Shown here: one piece after another, positions 35,876 to 42,949 of the stretch
Layout: every line of letters begins with the position of its first letter
Position numbering within the stretch: the stretch's first letter is position 1
DNA from: a virus
Direction: 5' to 3' (one strand)
DNA length: 64,000 nt
Virus record (IMG/VR): IMGVR_UViG_3300045988_126562
The notes under the pieces: model-generated
Database searches by the model: none
What the model was told of the DNA's origin: nothing
What the model saw: the letters and a program-made list of their open reading frames with translations, nothing else
Position numbers and translations under genes: made by a program

Positions 35876-36973
35876 TTAATCCTGAGGAATACTCATCATA
35901 ATTGTAGCACGATTCCAATTATTTTCCTCATATTGTTGTACTTTATCTCCTTCAGCACTGACTACCAAACGAGATTCCTCTACTCCATATTTTACTAATA
36001 CCTCTTTCACTGATTCAGCTCTCTTTTTACTTAATTCCATATTATATTCTGGAGTTCCTGTATCAGCGTCTGCATATCCAGTAATAGAAATACGTATATC
36101 TTTATTATCCTTCAAATAAGTAGCTATGTTCTCTAAATTTGCCATTTGATCATCAGCTATCTTAGATGAATTGATAGTAAATCTTACTGTAGTAGGAGCC
36201 ACCTCTTTTAAAACAACAATATTTTCTACTGTTACAGTATCAATAGTGGTTACGACCTTTGGAGCTTTTTCACATTCCTGTCTAAGTTTATTGATTTCCT
36301 CATTTAGAGCGTCAATATCCTCTTGATCATAAGATGGGATGTATGTGAATCCTCTAGTCCCATCATGATTTTTAAACTTATATGTGATGCCAGCTGTTAA
36401 ATTACACATTCCATCATATCTAGCTCCTCCTACTACTCCGTCGAACTTATCATTAAGAGCAGACATATTTCCTTCTATATTAAGCTGAATAGATTTAGAT
36501 AGATCAACATTTACCTGAACTCCTACTCTAGGAACTACATAATCTCCTATTGGTAGTACTCCATTATCAAATGTATGTGCATAACCTACTCCTCCTATCA
36601 ATACTAAGTTAACTGGTCTGTCATAATTCTGAGAGAATAAATTTAACGGATTCAGCATTGCATCTAAGTAAAATCCATATCTGTTAATAACAGAAATTTC
36701 ATTTGTAGGAACAACATGATTCTGTCCCCACTCTCCTTGAATACGAGTTCCCAAAACTGGAGTCCAATATTTATTAAGGGAAACATTTACCGTTGGACCA
36801 AAAATTCTCTTTGTGTCCACTGATTTGTAATTATCCCCAAATGTGGCATTAGTTCCAGCTCCTACACTGATAGACCAATTATCAGTGAATTTATACTTCG
36901 GCATTCTTAACTCTTGTGCATTTAAGCACATAACGCTCATAAGAGCAATTAAAAGAAATAATACTTTCTTCAT
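35876..36973 (-). CDS. OmpA-family outer-membrane protein
   Basis: Signal peptide, beta-barrel-like N-terminal half and a C-terminal OmpA-like domain (ITGYADADTGTPEYNMELSKKRAESV). Confidence 0.75.
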   Translation of the reverse strand: MKKVLFLLIALMSVMCLNAQELRMPKYKFTDNWSISVGAGTNATFGDNYKSVDTKRIFGPTVNVSLNKYWTPVLGTRIQGEWGQNHVVPTNEISVINRYGFYLDAMLNPLNLFSQNYDRPVNLVLIGGVGYAHTFDNGVLPIGDYVVPRVGVQVNVDLSKSIQLNIEGNMSALNDKFDGVVGGARYDGMCNLTAGITYKFKNHDGTRGFTYIPSYDQEDIDALNEEINKLRQECEKAPKVVTTIDTVTVENIVVLKEVAPTTVRFTINSSKIADDQMANLENIATYLKDNKDIRISITGYADADTGTPEYNMELSKKRAESVKEVLVKYGVEESRLVVSAEGDKVQQYEENNWNRATIMMSIPQD

Positions 36974-37000
36974 CTTACTTGTTTAATTTAAAAAAAATAT

Positions 37001-37435
37001 TTATATACACTGTAGAAATTTTTCAATTTCCTCAACTATTTTATCATATTCTTCTTTAGATATTTCCTTTGCTATATCACTTTGTCCATAAGTTATATAA
37101 GGATTATTAAACCACAAAGGATTTATATGTCTATGCTTTTCTATAGACACCGAAATTTTATCTCTGCTTTTATACTTTTCATATAAAGTGTACCCAGAAT
37201 CAAAGTTTCTACTGTTTTGCTCAAATAGAGATTTGTCTATATAAACAAATCCAGTAACTTCAAAATTGAATTTCAGAATAAAATATTTCCCTATTAGATT
37301 TTCATACCATTTATTTTTATTTTCTTCTAGCTGCTCTAATTCTTTCTTTCTTTTCTTAGATTCCTCTTCTTCAGCTTCAATATATTCTTTTAGAGAGGCA
37401 TCTGGATGTATTCTGTAATAATCTTTCACATTCAT
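37001..37435 (-). CDS. hypothetical protein
   Basis: 144-aa ORF. Confidence 0.55.
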   Translation of the reverse strand: MNVKDYYRIHPDASLKEYIEAEEEESKKRKKELEQLEENKNKWYENLIGKYFILKFNFEVTGFVYIDKSLFEQNSRNFDSGYTLYEKYKSRDKISVSIEKHRHINPLWFNNPYITYGQSDIAKEISKEEYDKIVEEIEKFLQCI

Positions 37436-37456
37436 AGTAAAAATTCATTAATATTG

Positions 37457-37528
37457 TGGACACGGCGGGACTCGAACCCGATCCTCCTGAGTGCAAATCA
37501 AGCGCATTCCCAATTATGCTACCGGCCC
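37457..37528 (-). tRNA. tRNA-Ala(UGC)
   Basis: GGGCCGG 5' end with a G3:U70 pair, loop TTTGCAC, T loop TTCGAGT. Two mismatches in the acceptor stem. Confidence 0.7.
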
Positions 37529-37541
37529 ATAAAGCTGGATT

Positions 37542-37895
37542 TTACACCAGCAAAAGATCTTCTTCATTAGGAATATCCAGCACTATTGGATCAATTCCGA
37601 AATCAGAATACTCTATAATACTCATTGGAAGCCAACAGTTAGGTAAACAATCAAGATCTACCCTAAAAGAAGAATCACTAGTATCTACTTCTTCAATATC
37701 AGATAGTGTTAAAGGTGTAGATAATTCTAGAATATCAACATCTATACCTACTTCTTCGTCTTCATGTTCAAGCTCACAGCCTGCATATTCCCAACCTTCT
37801 TCTAATAATTCTTCCTCTGTCTTGATTCTAAATTTTCCAGATTCAATCAAAGCCAGAAATTCCGTTTCATTCAGATCTTTAACTTTCTTTCTCAT
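37542..37895 (-). CDS. hypothetical acidic protein with C-terminal EEDLLLV
   Basis: Track ORF 37542..37958 trimmed to Met22 because the upstream codons translate a tRNA. Confidence 0.5.
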   Translation of the reverse strand: MRKKVKDLNETEFLALIESGKFRIKTEEELLEEGWEYAGCELEHEDEEVGIDVDILELSTPLTLSDIEEVDTSDSSFRVDLDCLPNCWLPMSIIEYSDFGIDPIVLDIPNEEDLLLV

Positions 37896-37916
37896 ATTTA
37901 TAATATTGTGAATTTG

Positions 37917-38003
37917 CGCACGCGGAAGGGTTCGAACCTTCGATGGGGCTTTCGCCACGGTAGATTAACAGTCTACTGCCTTCGACCACTCGGCCACACG
38001 TAC
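37917..38003 (-). tRNA. tRNA with GUU anticodon on a class II (Ser-like, long variable arm) scaffold
   Basis: GTACGTG/CGCGTGC acceptor, Ser-type D arm GCC-GAGTGGTCGAA-GGC, arm GTAGA-CTGTTAA-TCTAC, 18-nt variable arm, T arm GAAGG-TTCGAAC-CCTTC, discriminator G. Confidence 0.75.
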
Positions 38004-38010
38004 TAGTAAC

Positions 38011-38076
38011 AGAATACTTTGTTTAGCTTGATAATTTAAAAGATTATTGCTTAAAATAAATTGCTGTAAGTATTCT
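38011..38076 (-). ncRNA. modular RNA unit (mini form)
   Basis: Closing helix AGAATACTT/AAGTATTCT. Boundaries ACAGCAAT and TCTGTTA. Confidence 0.45.
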
Positions 38077-38081
38077 TATAC

Positions 38082-38205
38082 AGATAACCATTGTTTTATA
38101 AACTGGCGCTCTACCAACTGAGCTATTACTAAGGCACTTCTTAGTAAATGAGGCTCGAACTCATGACTTCTAGTTGGGACAAACATAATTTGCTGTCGGT
38201 TATCT
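38082..38205 (-). ncRNA. modular RNA unit with circularly permuted tRNA-like domain
   Basis: Closing helix AGATAACC/GGTTATCT. Order: ACTAG-AAGTC-ATGAG-TTCGAGC-CTCAT, acceptor hairpin TTACTAA-GAAGTGCC-TTAGTAA, D arm TA-GCTC-AGTTGGTA-GAGC, then CCAGT. Confidence 0.6.
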
Positions 38206-38227
38206 AAATATTATTAACTTAACCGAG

Positions 38228-38302
38228 TAGGCTGCCCCAGATTTGAACTGGGAACCTTCTGAGTATCAGTCAGATGCTCTGACCAAGTTGAGCTAACAGC
38301 CT
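38228..38302 (-). tRNA. tRNA-Ile(GAU)
   Basis: AGGCTGT/GCAGCCT acceptor, loop CTGATAC, T loop TTCAAAT. Confidence 0.85.
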
Positions 38303-38309
38303 ATCTTCA

Positions 38310-38513
38310 TCAAGGAATATACTCCCTGATATTTCCTATTGCTACTTCACATTCTGAAGATGCAATATGTTTAGAATAATTAGCATCTTTTGCTAATGCT
38401 TCTCTACAATCTCTATCACAAGGGAACTTCGAGCATTCAAGTCTGCAAGTTCCTAAAAGCCTGCTGTGGTGAGATTTATCCCAAATCCACACGTCAAAAA
38501 TAAAATGTCTCAT
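38310..38513 (-). CDS. hypothetical Cys-rich protein
   Basis: 67-aa ORF. Confidence 0.45.
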   Translation of the reverse strand: MRHFIFDVWIWDKSHHSRLLGTCRLECSKFPCDRDCREALAKDANYSKHIASSECEVAIGNIREYIP

Positions 38514-38533
38514 TTTGCCAATATTTAAAGTTT

Positions 38534-38824
38534 TTATTTATATTTTTCTTTCCATTTTTCGCATTTGCGTTTCACTGACTTACCAAGTAAAGAAGGAAAT
38601 TCATCACCATACGTTAATCTTCCCAAATCTACTATATTTATTAATGTGTCTGCTAATTCATCACACAAATCCATTTCATTTATTTTCTTATAGCTAGATA
38701 ATCCTGTGATAGTACTGATAGCTCCCATCACTTCTCCAGACTCTTCTGCCAGTTTAATCGCAACATCCTGTATAGTCCTCCCATTTTTAATAGAAGAGCC
38801 TACTTCCATAATTTCTTTGATCAT
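38534..38824 (-). CDS. MazG-like nucleotide pyrophosphohydrolase (small)
   Basis: 96 aa. KLAEESGEVMGAI ... CDELADTLINIVDL matches the EExGE...ExxD pattern. Confidence 0.55.
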   Translation of the reverse strand: MIKEIMEVGSSIKNGRTIQDVAIKLAEESGEVMGAISTITGLSSYKKINEMDLCDELADTLINIVDLGRLTYGDEFPSLLGKSVKRKCEKWKEKYK

Positions 38825-39093
38825 TCTTCGATTATTCCTTTTTTAGGTACTGGTATTTTTACTATCCCAGTTCCATTACATGTTTCACATTCTGTTTCAT
38901 CACATAGTAAGCCCATCCCTAACGTACAAATGGCTAATCCAGCTTTCTGGCCCGTACTCATTTCTACACTCCCTGTTCCTTTACATTTTGGACAAATTTC
39001 TTCTACATATTGTCTTTTTGGAGTAGTTGGATTACTATGTGGGCAGTTTCCTGTACAGGAAACAGATAACAGGATAAATAACAAATATTTCAT
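38821..39093 (-). CDS. lipoprotein with DnaJ-type CxxCxGxG zinc-finger repeats
   Basis: Lipobox-like LLSVSC; CPKCKGTG and CETCNGTG. Confidence 0.5.
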   Translation of the reverse strand: MKYLLFILLSVSCTGNCPHSNPTTPKRQYVEEICPKCKGTGSVEMSTGQKAGLAICTLGMGLLCDETECETCNGTGIVKIPVPKKGIIEE

Positions 39094-39488
39094 ATTAATT
39101 TCAAATATAATGGTTTGTCTTTATTTTTTGCTACTTTAAATCCAATAGGAATTAGGGATCTTTCATATATTCTTCTAAGTCTATTGTTAGCTGGATATAC
39201 CAATAATACTTTTCCCTTTAAAAAATTCTTCCATATGTTATTGTTAATAAAGTTCATTAAACATTGTTTAGCCCAAGATAATGACTTCATTCCATCCTTT
39301 CCAACTATTAAGTTTTCTTGAAATCCATTCTTTCGTTTAGTAGCAATGTAAAAGGTGACGTTCATAAACCCTGGTTTTTTATATATTTCATAGATTTCCA
39401 AAGTTATTATTTGTCCATATTCATTCTTAGATTTGTAATAATATGAGTTTACATGCTCTCTATCTTTTTGTAGATCAATATCATACAT
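39090..39488 (-). CDS. hypothetical protein
   Basis: 132-aa ORF. Confidence 0.55.
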   Translation of the reverse strand: MYDIDLQKDREHVNSYYYKSKNEYGQIITLEIYEIYKKPGFMNVTFYIATKRKNGFQENLIVGKDGMKSLSWAKQCLMNFINNNIWKNFLKGKVLLVYPANNRLRRIYERSLIPIGFKVAKNKDKPLYLKLI

Positions 39489-39493
39489 ATTAA

Positions 39494-39970
39494 CTATCTA
39501 TTATTAATAATGTAATTTAGAGTTCCTTTACTAGAAATATTGTATTTATACATTAACTCCTTATAAGACATTCCATTTTGCCTATCCATTTGTATTTTAA
39601 GTACAGTGTCATCAGAGTATTTTTTATTAGCATTTGAAGATTTTTCTTGTCTTACTTTTTCTGAAATATCCATCATATTATCGGAACTCGTACCAATGTC
39701 TATATTTGAAATAGAATTATTTAGTAGGTTTCCATCTAAATGCCTAACTACTATATTATCATTATATATTTTTTCTCCGAATTTGCTATATGCTTGGAAT
39801 CTATGAAAATAAACTTTTATGATTTTTCCTTCTATTCTAAATGAAAAATATTTGTATTTACTCTTACCACTAGTTCCTACTGATTTATTATGTTTATTAT
39901 AAACTATTCCATCAGGAGTTATTGTATAACCTCTTTCTTTAGCTACTATTTCAAATTTACTGTAATCCAT
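39494..39970 (-). CDS. free-standing HNH (HNH_3-type) homing endonuclease
   Basis: FHRFQAY...VVRHLDGNLLNNSISNIDIGTSSDN plus a C-terminal HTH-like tail. Ends in TAG; lies next to tRNA-fMet. Confidence 0.65.
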   Translation of the reverse strand: MDYSKFEIVAKERGYTITPDGIVYNKHNKSVGTSGKSKYKYFSFRIEGKIIKVYFHRFQAYSKFGEKIYNDNIVVRHLDGNLLNNSISNIDIGTSSDNMMDISEKVRQEKSSNANKKYSDDTVLKIQMDRQNGMSYKELMYKYNISSKGTLNYIINNR

Positions 39971-40033
39971 GTATTATTAATAGAATTAGTTGATTATCCA
40001 GCTACACCACGTGGAGGTTTCTATTATGTAGCC

Positions 40034-40105
40034 TTGCGGAGGCAGGATTCGAACCTGCGACTTTCAGCTTATGAGGCTGACGAGCTACCTCTGCTCTACT
40101 CCGCG
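40034..40105 (-). tRNA. initiator tRNA-fMet(CAU)
   Basis: C1xA72 mismatch (CGCGGAG/CTCCGCA), loop CTCATAA, and close overall resemblance to the bacterial initiator layout. Confidence 0.8.
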
Positions 40106-40333
40106 ATGTTTGGTAGCTAATTTATATCCGCTACCCAGGGATATCTCTCTTACCAGTGAGACACGGACTCTTCTAACCGTAGAGCACGGCTGGTTACTGA
40201 CGCTCCAGACACGGCATTTAGACTGAAAATGTCGAAACAGTAATTGAAAGCCTACAATGGGAGGTCATTACTCTCCCACTTTCTAGTTGTTACCCTAGAT
40301 GTGCAATTCTACACCACATTGTGTCTTTCCTAG
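40106..40333 (-). ncRNA. unassigned structured RNA candidate (228 nt)
   Basis: G+C-rich and ORF-free, filling the exact gap between two tRNAs. Hairpins GGGAGAG..CTCCC and GGTAGC..GCTACC. Confidence 0.4.
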
Positions 40334-40405
40334 AGTCGGTAATGGGAATCGAACCCACATCTCCAGTTTGGAAGACTGGAGCACTAACCGTTGTGCTATA
40401 CCGAC
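40334..40405 (-). tRNA. tRNA-Gly(UCC)
   Basis: GTCGGTA/TACCGAC acceptor, loop CTTCCAA, discriminator U. Confidence 0.85.
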
Positions 40406-40490
40406 GATTTAATTAGTTTATAAACTGAAACGCACACTACTACTATGAAAGAAAACAATATAGACCATAAAAATACTCTAAACAGAAATA

Positions 40491-40736
40491 TTAACCATTC
40501 CATACTTTTCCAGATCGTATTTTAGAATATACTTTACTTAAAGCTTCATTTTTATATTTTGTAAGTTTCATTCTAGTTATAGCATTTGCAAATTCAGTTG
40601 GTCCCACCTTACTATAGAAATGAAAAGAACCATCTTTCCACTGAACCACAATTATAGAGCCTACTTTATAGGCTGTTTTAATTGGGCTTTTGAATGAGAA
40701 TTTAATATAAGATTTAATCTTGTTTATAACATTCAT
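40491..40736 (-). CDS. hypothetical protein
   Basis: 81-aa ORF. Confidence 0.5.
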   Translation of the reverse strand: MNVINKIKSYIKFSFKSPIKTAYKVGSIIVVQWKDGSFHFYSKVGPTEFANAITRMKLTKYKNEALSKVYSKIRSGKVWNG

Positions 40737-40751
40737 ATTAATAACAATTTG

Positions 40752-40826
40752 TGCTCCTTGTAAGATTCGAACTTACGACCACTTGAATGTAAGTCAAGCA
40801 CTCTAAACCAACTGAGCTAAAGGAGC
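40752..40826 (-). tRNA. tRNA-Val(UAC)
   Basis: GCTCCTT/AAGGAGC acceptor, loop CTTACAT, T loop TTCGAAT. Confidence 0.85.
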
Positions 40827-40834
40827 GATTAAGC

Positions 40835-40992
40835 AAGAGACCACCTTTTTTATTTGTTTTAAATCCAGGCTAAACTACTAACTTCTAGGTATTTCAGAAA
40901 GTTAGATAAGGATTCGAACCTTATTTCTTTGTCTAATTGAAATTTAATTAAAACTATAAAGATTAAGAAAATAATCTTGCTGTATGTCTCTT
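40835..40992 (-). ncRNA. modular RNA unit with circularly permuted tRNA-like domain
   Basis: Closing helix AAGAGAC/GTCTCTT and boundary ATACAGCAAG. Order: T arm TAAGG-TTCGAAT-CCTTA, extended acceptor hairpin TCTAACT..AGTTAGT, D arm TTTA-GCCTGGATT-TAAA. Confidence 0.55.
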
Positions 40993-41001
40993 TATAATAA
41001 C

Positions 41002-41119
41002 AGAAGACCTTTAAATACGTTGCTCTACCAATTGAGCTAAAATGAGTAAACTCATCTACAGGACTCGAACCTATAACCCACGGCTTACCAGGCTAAATAT
41101 ATATTGCTGCTAGTCTTCT
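41002..41119 (-). ncRNA. modular RNA unit: circularly permuted tRNA-Thr(GGU)-like gene
   Basis: Closing helix AGAAGAC/GTCTTCT. Order: GC-CTGGTAA-GCCGT-GGGTT-ATAGG-TTCGAGT-CCTGT-AGATGAG-T-TTA-CTCATTT-TA-GCTC-AATTGGTA-GAGC-A-ACG. Confidence 0.65.
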
Positions 41120-41125
41120 TTTACT

Positions 41126-41279
41126 TGGGAGAATTTCCTATCTCCCGCAATAAAGTGCTAAGGTATCATAATGAAATGAGGCTCAGCGGTTTCGACTTTA
41201 CTAGGATAGTTCACGATGTTTTGGCAATCATCTAACTATTGTCAACCTATTATTATGCCAAATTGTAGTTGACTTGTTG
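41126..41279 (-). ncRNA. unassigned structured RNA candidate
   Basis: Hairpins GGGAGA..TCTCCC, GTCAAC..GTTGAC and TTGGCA..TGCCAA. No ORF. Confidence 0.3.
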
Positions 41280-41352
41280 GGGAGAAGCTAAGAATCGAAC
41301 TTAGTCCTTTATATCCACAGTATAACGTTCTAGCCGTTAAACTACAACTCCC
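41280..41352 (-). tRNA. tRNA-His(GUG) with encoded G-1
   Basis: G(-1) opposite C73, loop CTGTGGA, T arm CTAAG-TTCGATT-CTTAG. Two U-U mismatches in the acceptor. Confidence 0.75.
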
Positions 41353-41537
41353 ATTTATATTGAAATGAAAACGACAGTTCTGCAAGAGGAAGAAAAGGTA
41401 GCTTACCTATTTATGATAGGTAATATACCCGTAGGAAGCATTCTGGGATCCATTTTCTCTAAGAATTTCCCAATTTTCCTAATTACTTTCTTCATAAACT
41501 GTAAAAATTTAGTTAAACATATAATTTATCTATGTAG

Positions 41538-41610
41538 CCGAAAGCGGGGGACTCGAACCCCAAACTCCACAGTGACAGTGTGGTATTATGCCAATTTCAC
41601 TACGCCTCCG
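41538..41610 (-). tRNA. tRNA-Asp(GUC)
   Basis: CGGAGGC/GCTTTCG acceptor (two G:U pairs), arm CCACA-CTGTCAC-TGTGG, discriminator G. Confidence 0.75.
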
Positions 41611-41722
41611 TTGTTGTAGCATCTATCCTCACGAACCAATGCTACTTTTATTTATTATCATGGCAAAATGATATACTTCACCTCAAAGTTTGATATTTCT
41701 ATCAGGGACAATGAGGGATTTG

Positions 41723-41816
41723 TGGGCCGAGAGAGATTCGAACTCCCCTACCGCAAAGTCCATACGACTATTTGTTAAAGCGGGGTGGATTTACAGTCCA
41801 CTGCCGTTATCGACCC
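41723..41816 (-). tRNA. atypical 94-nt tRNA-like gene with Tyr (GUA) anticodon arm
   Basis: GGGTCGA/TCGGCCC acceptor, perfect arm GTGGA-CTGTAAA-TCCAC, T arm GGGAG-TTCGAAT-CTCTC. Only 8 nt stand where the D arm should be, and the variable insert is ~35 nt. Confidence 0.5.
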
Positions 41817-41824
41817 ATTAATAC

Positions 41825-41891
41825 AGAGTGCAAAGATAGTTATTTTATTCCCAATAATAAAATTTAAATTGTTAATTGCTGTTAACACTCT
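41825..41891 (-). ncRNA. modular RNA unit (mini form)
   Basis: Closing helix AGAGTG/CACTCT. Boundaries TTAACAGCAAT and TCTGTAT. Confidence 0.4.
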
Positions 41892-41900
41892 TATTTTTAC

Positions 41901-41963
41901 AGAAACCTTTTGTGGTTATGTTCATTAATGGTAAACATTTATAAAATTTGCTGTTAGGCTTCT
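41901..41963 (-). ncRNA. modular RNA unit (mini form)
   Basis: Closing helix AGAAGCC/GGTTTCT. Boundaries TAACAGCAAAT and TCTGTAA. Confidence 0.4.
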
Positions 41964-42018
41964 TGTTTTTGGATTTATGCCTTATAGTGTCTTATAATTT
42001 TATTAGCTTCCGAATTAC

Positions 42019-42126
42019 GGGGCACTCTTCCACTTTTTATTATTTATATTCTACTATAATACATAAATCCGATAATTTAAATTAAAAGTAATGATAGATG
42101 TATGAAAAATTTGCTGTTTGTGCCCC
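42019..42126 (-). ncRNA. modular RNA unit (AT-rich insert)
   Basis: Closing helix GGGGCAC/GTGCCCC. Boundaries AAACAGCAAAT and CCCGTAA. Confidence 0.4.
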
Positions 42127-42147
42127 AAACGTCATCAAGATAATTTG

Positions 42148-42223
42148 TAGGGTAAGCGGGATTCGAACCCGCGATCTCTTGCTCCCAAAGCAAGCGCCCT
42201 AGACCGGACTGGACCACTACCCT
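42148..42223 (-). tRNA. tRNA-Pro(UGG)
   Basis: AGGGTAG/TTACCCT acceptor, arm CTTGC-TTTGGGA-GCAAG, T arm GCGGG-TTCGAAT-CCCGC. The 5' end overlaps the upstream TAG stop. Confidence 0.85.
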
Positions 42224-42911
42224 ATTGTTTATTTGTATAAACTTTAGCCTTGTCTACTATATTTCGTAAATCTGAAAACGAAGAAGCTTGCTCTATAAGC
42301 CAACCAAAATATACTTTTCTTTGTTTACTCATATTATTCTCTATTAGCTTATCTATTCTGTCACTAGTCTTAAGTTTCATCAAAGTGGACTTAGTTTCTT
42401 TAAAGCGGGCATCTATAATATCAGAAAGTTCTTTTTTCATTGCATTCTTTCTCTCTTGTAAAGATGCGCCAGAAATAGCAAATGCTGTCCTCACCTTTTT
42501 CTTTTCTCTATTAGTAAGACGACTAACGTCAAAACCATTATCAATAAGAAATTGATCATTATTTATATTAGCACTCCAAGATGCCACTTCTCTATCATCT
42601 ATTTTATTCTCCTCTGGCACATTAAGCAAAGTACTTAGAGTAGAATTAAATTTCTTTGCTGTTTTCAATAAGAGTAAGACTTCTGAATATGTGCAAAGTT
42701 GTACTGTTCTGCCCCAACAAACAGTGTATAGATTTTTCCGGTTGTTATGAGTAAGAATATATAAATGATTACTATGACAGGCCATTTCATTACTTGTATG
42801 ATCACTAACTCTCACTCTAAGCATTCCTATTACAAAGTATTCAGAGTTAGTATTTTGAGCCTTACTAGATTTAGAAGAAAGCTTTCTTAAAGCGTCATAA
42901 ATTTTGTCCAT
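42222..42911 (-). CDS. hypothetical protein
   Basis: 229-aa ORF ending in TAG, between the Ro-like gene and the RNA array. Confidence 0.55.
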   Translation of the reverse strand: MDKIYDALRKLSSKSSKAQNTNSEYFVIGMLRVRVSDHTSNEMACHSNHLYILTHNNRKNLYTVCWGRTVQLCTYSEVLLLLKTAKKFNSTLSTLLNVPEENKIDDREVASWSANINNDQFLIDNGFDVSRLTNREKKKVRTAFAISGASLQERKNAMKKELSDIIDARFKETKSTLMKLKTSDRIDKLIENNMSKQRKVYFGWLIEQASSFSDLRNIVDKAKVYTNKQ

Positions 42912-42926
42912 GATAATTTATATTAC

Positions 42927-42944
42927 GGGAGTCCGAAGACTCCC
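42927..42944 (-). terminator. strong hairpin (terminator/attenuator candidate)
   Basis: GGGAGTC-TTCG-GACTCCC immediately after the stop of 42950..44653. Confidence 0.45.
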
Positions 42945-42949
42945 AATTA

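Noticed and set aside
40106-40333. Assigning the 228-nt spacer as a group I intron.
   Set aside because: Both flanking tRNAs are complete, so there are no split exons, and I could not find a P7 partner for the CAGTCTAAA element.
34351-42126. The repeated junction motif (…CTGTTA…AAGA…TACAGCAA…) as a CRISPR array or integron attC sites.
   Set aside because: The repeats are degenerate and spacing is irregular (50-140 nt). The variable parts form compensatory helices and contain tRNA arms. No cas or integrase gene is nearby, and the 3' boundaries do not fit GTTRRRY.
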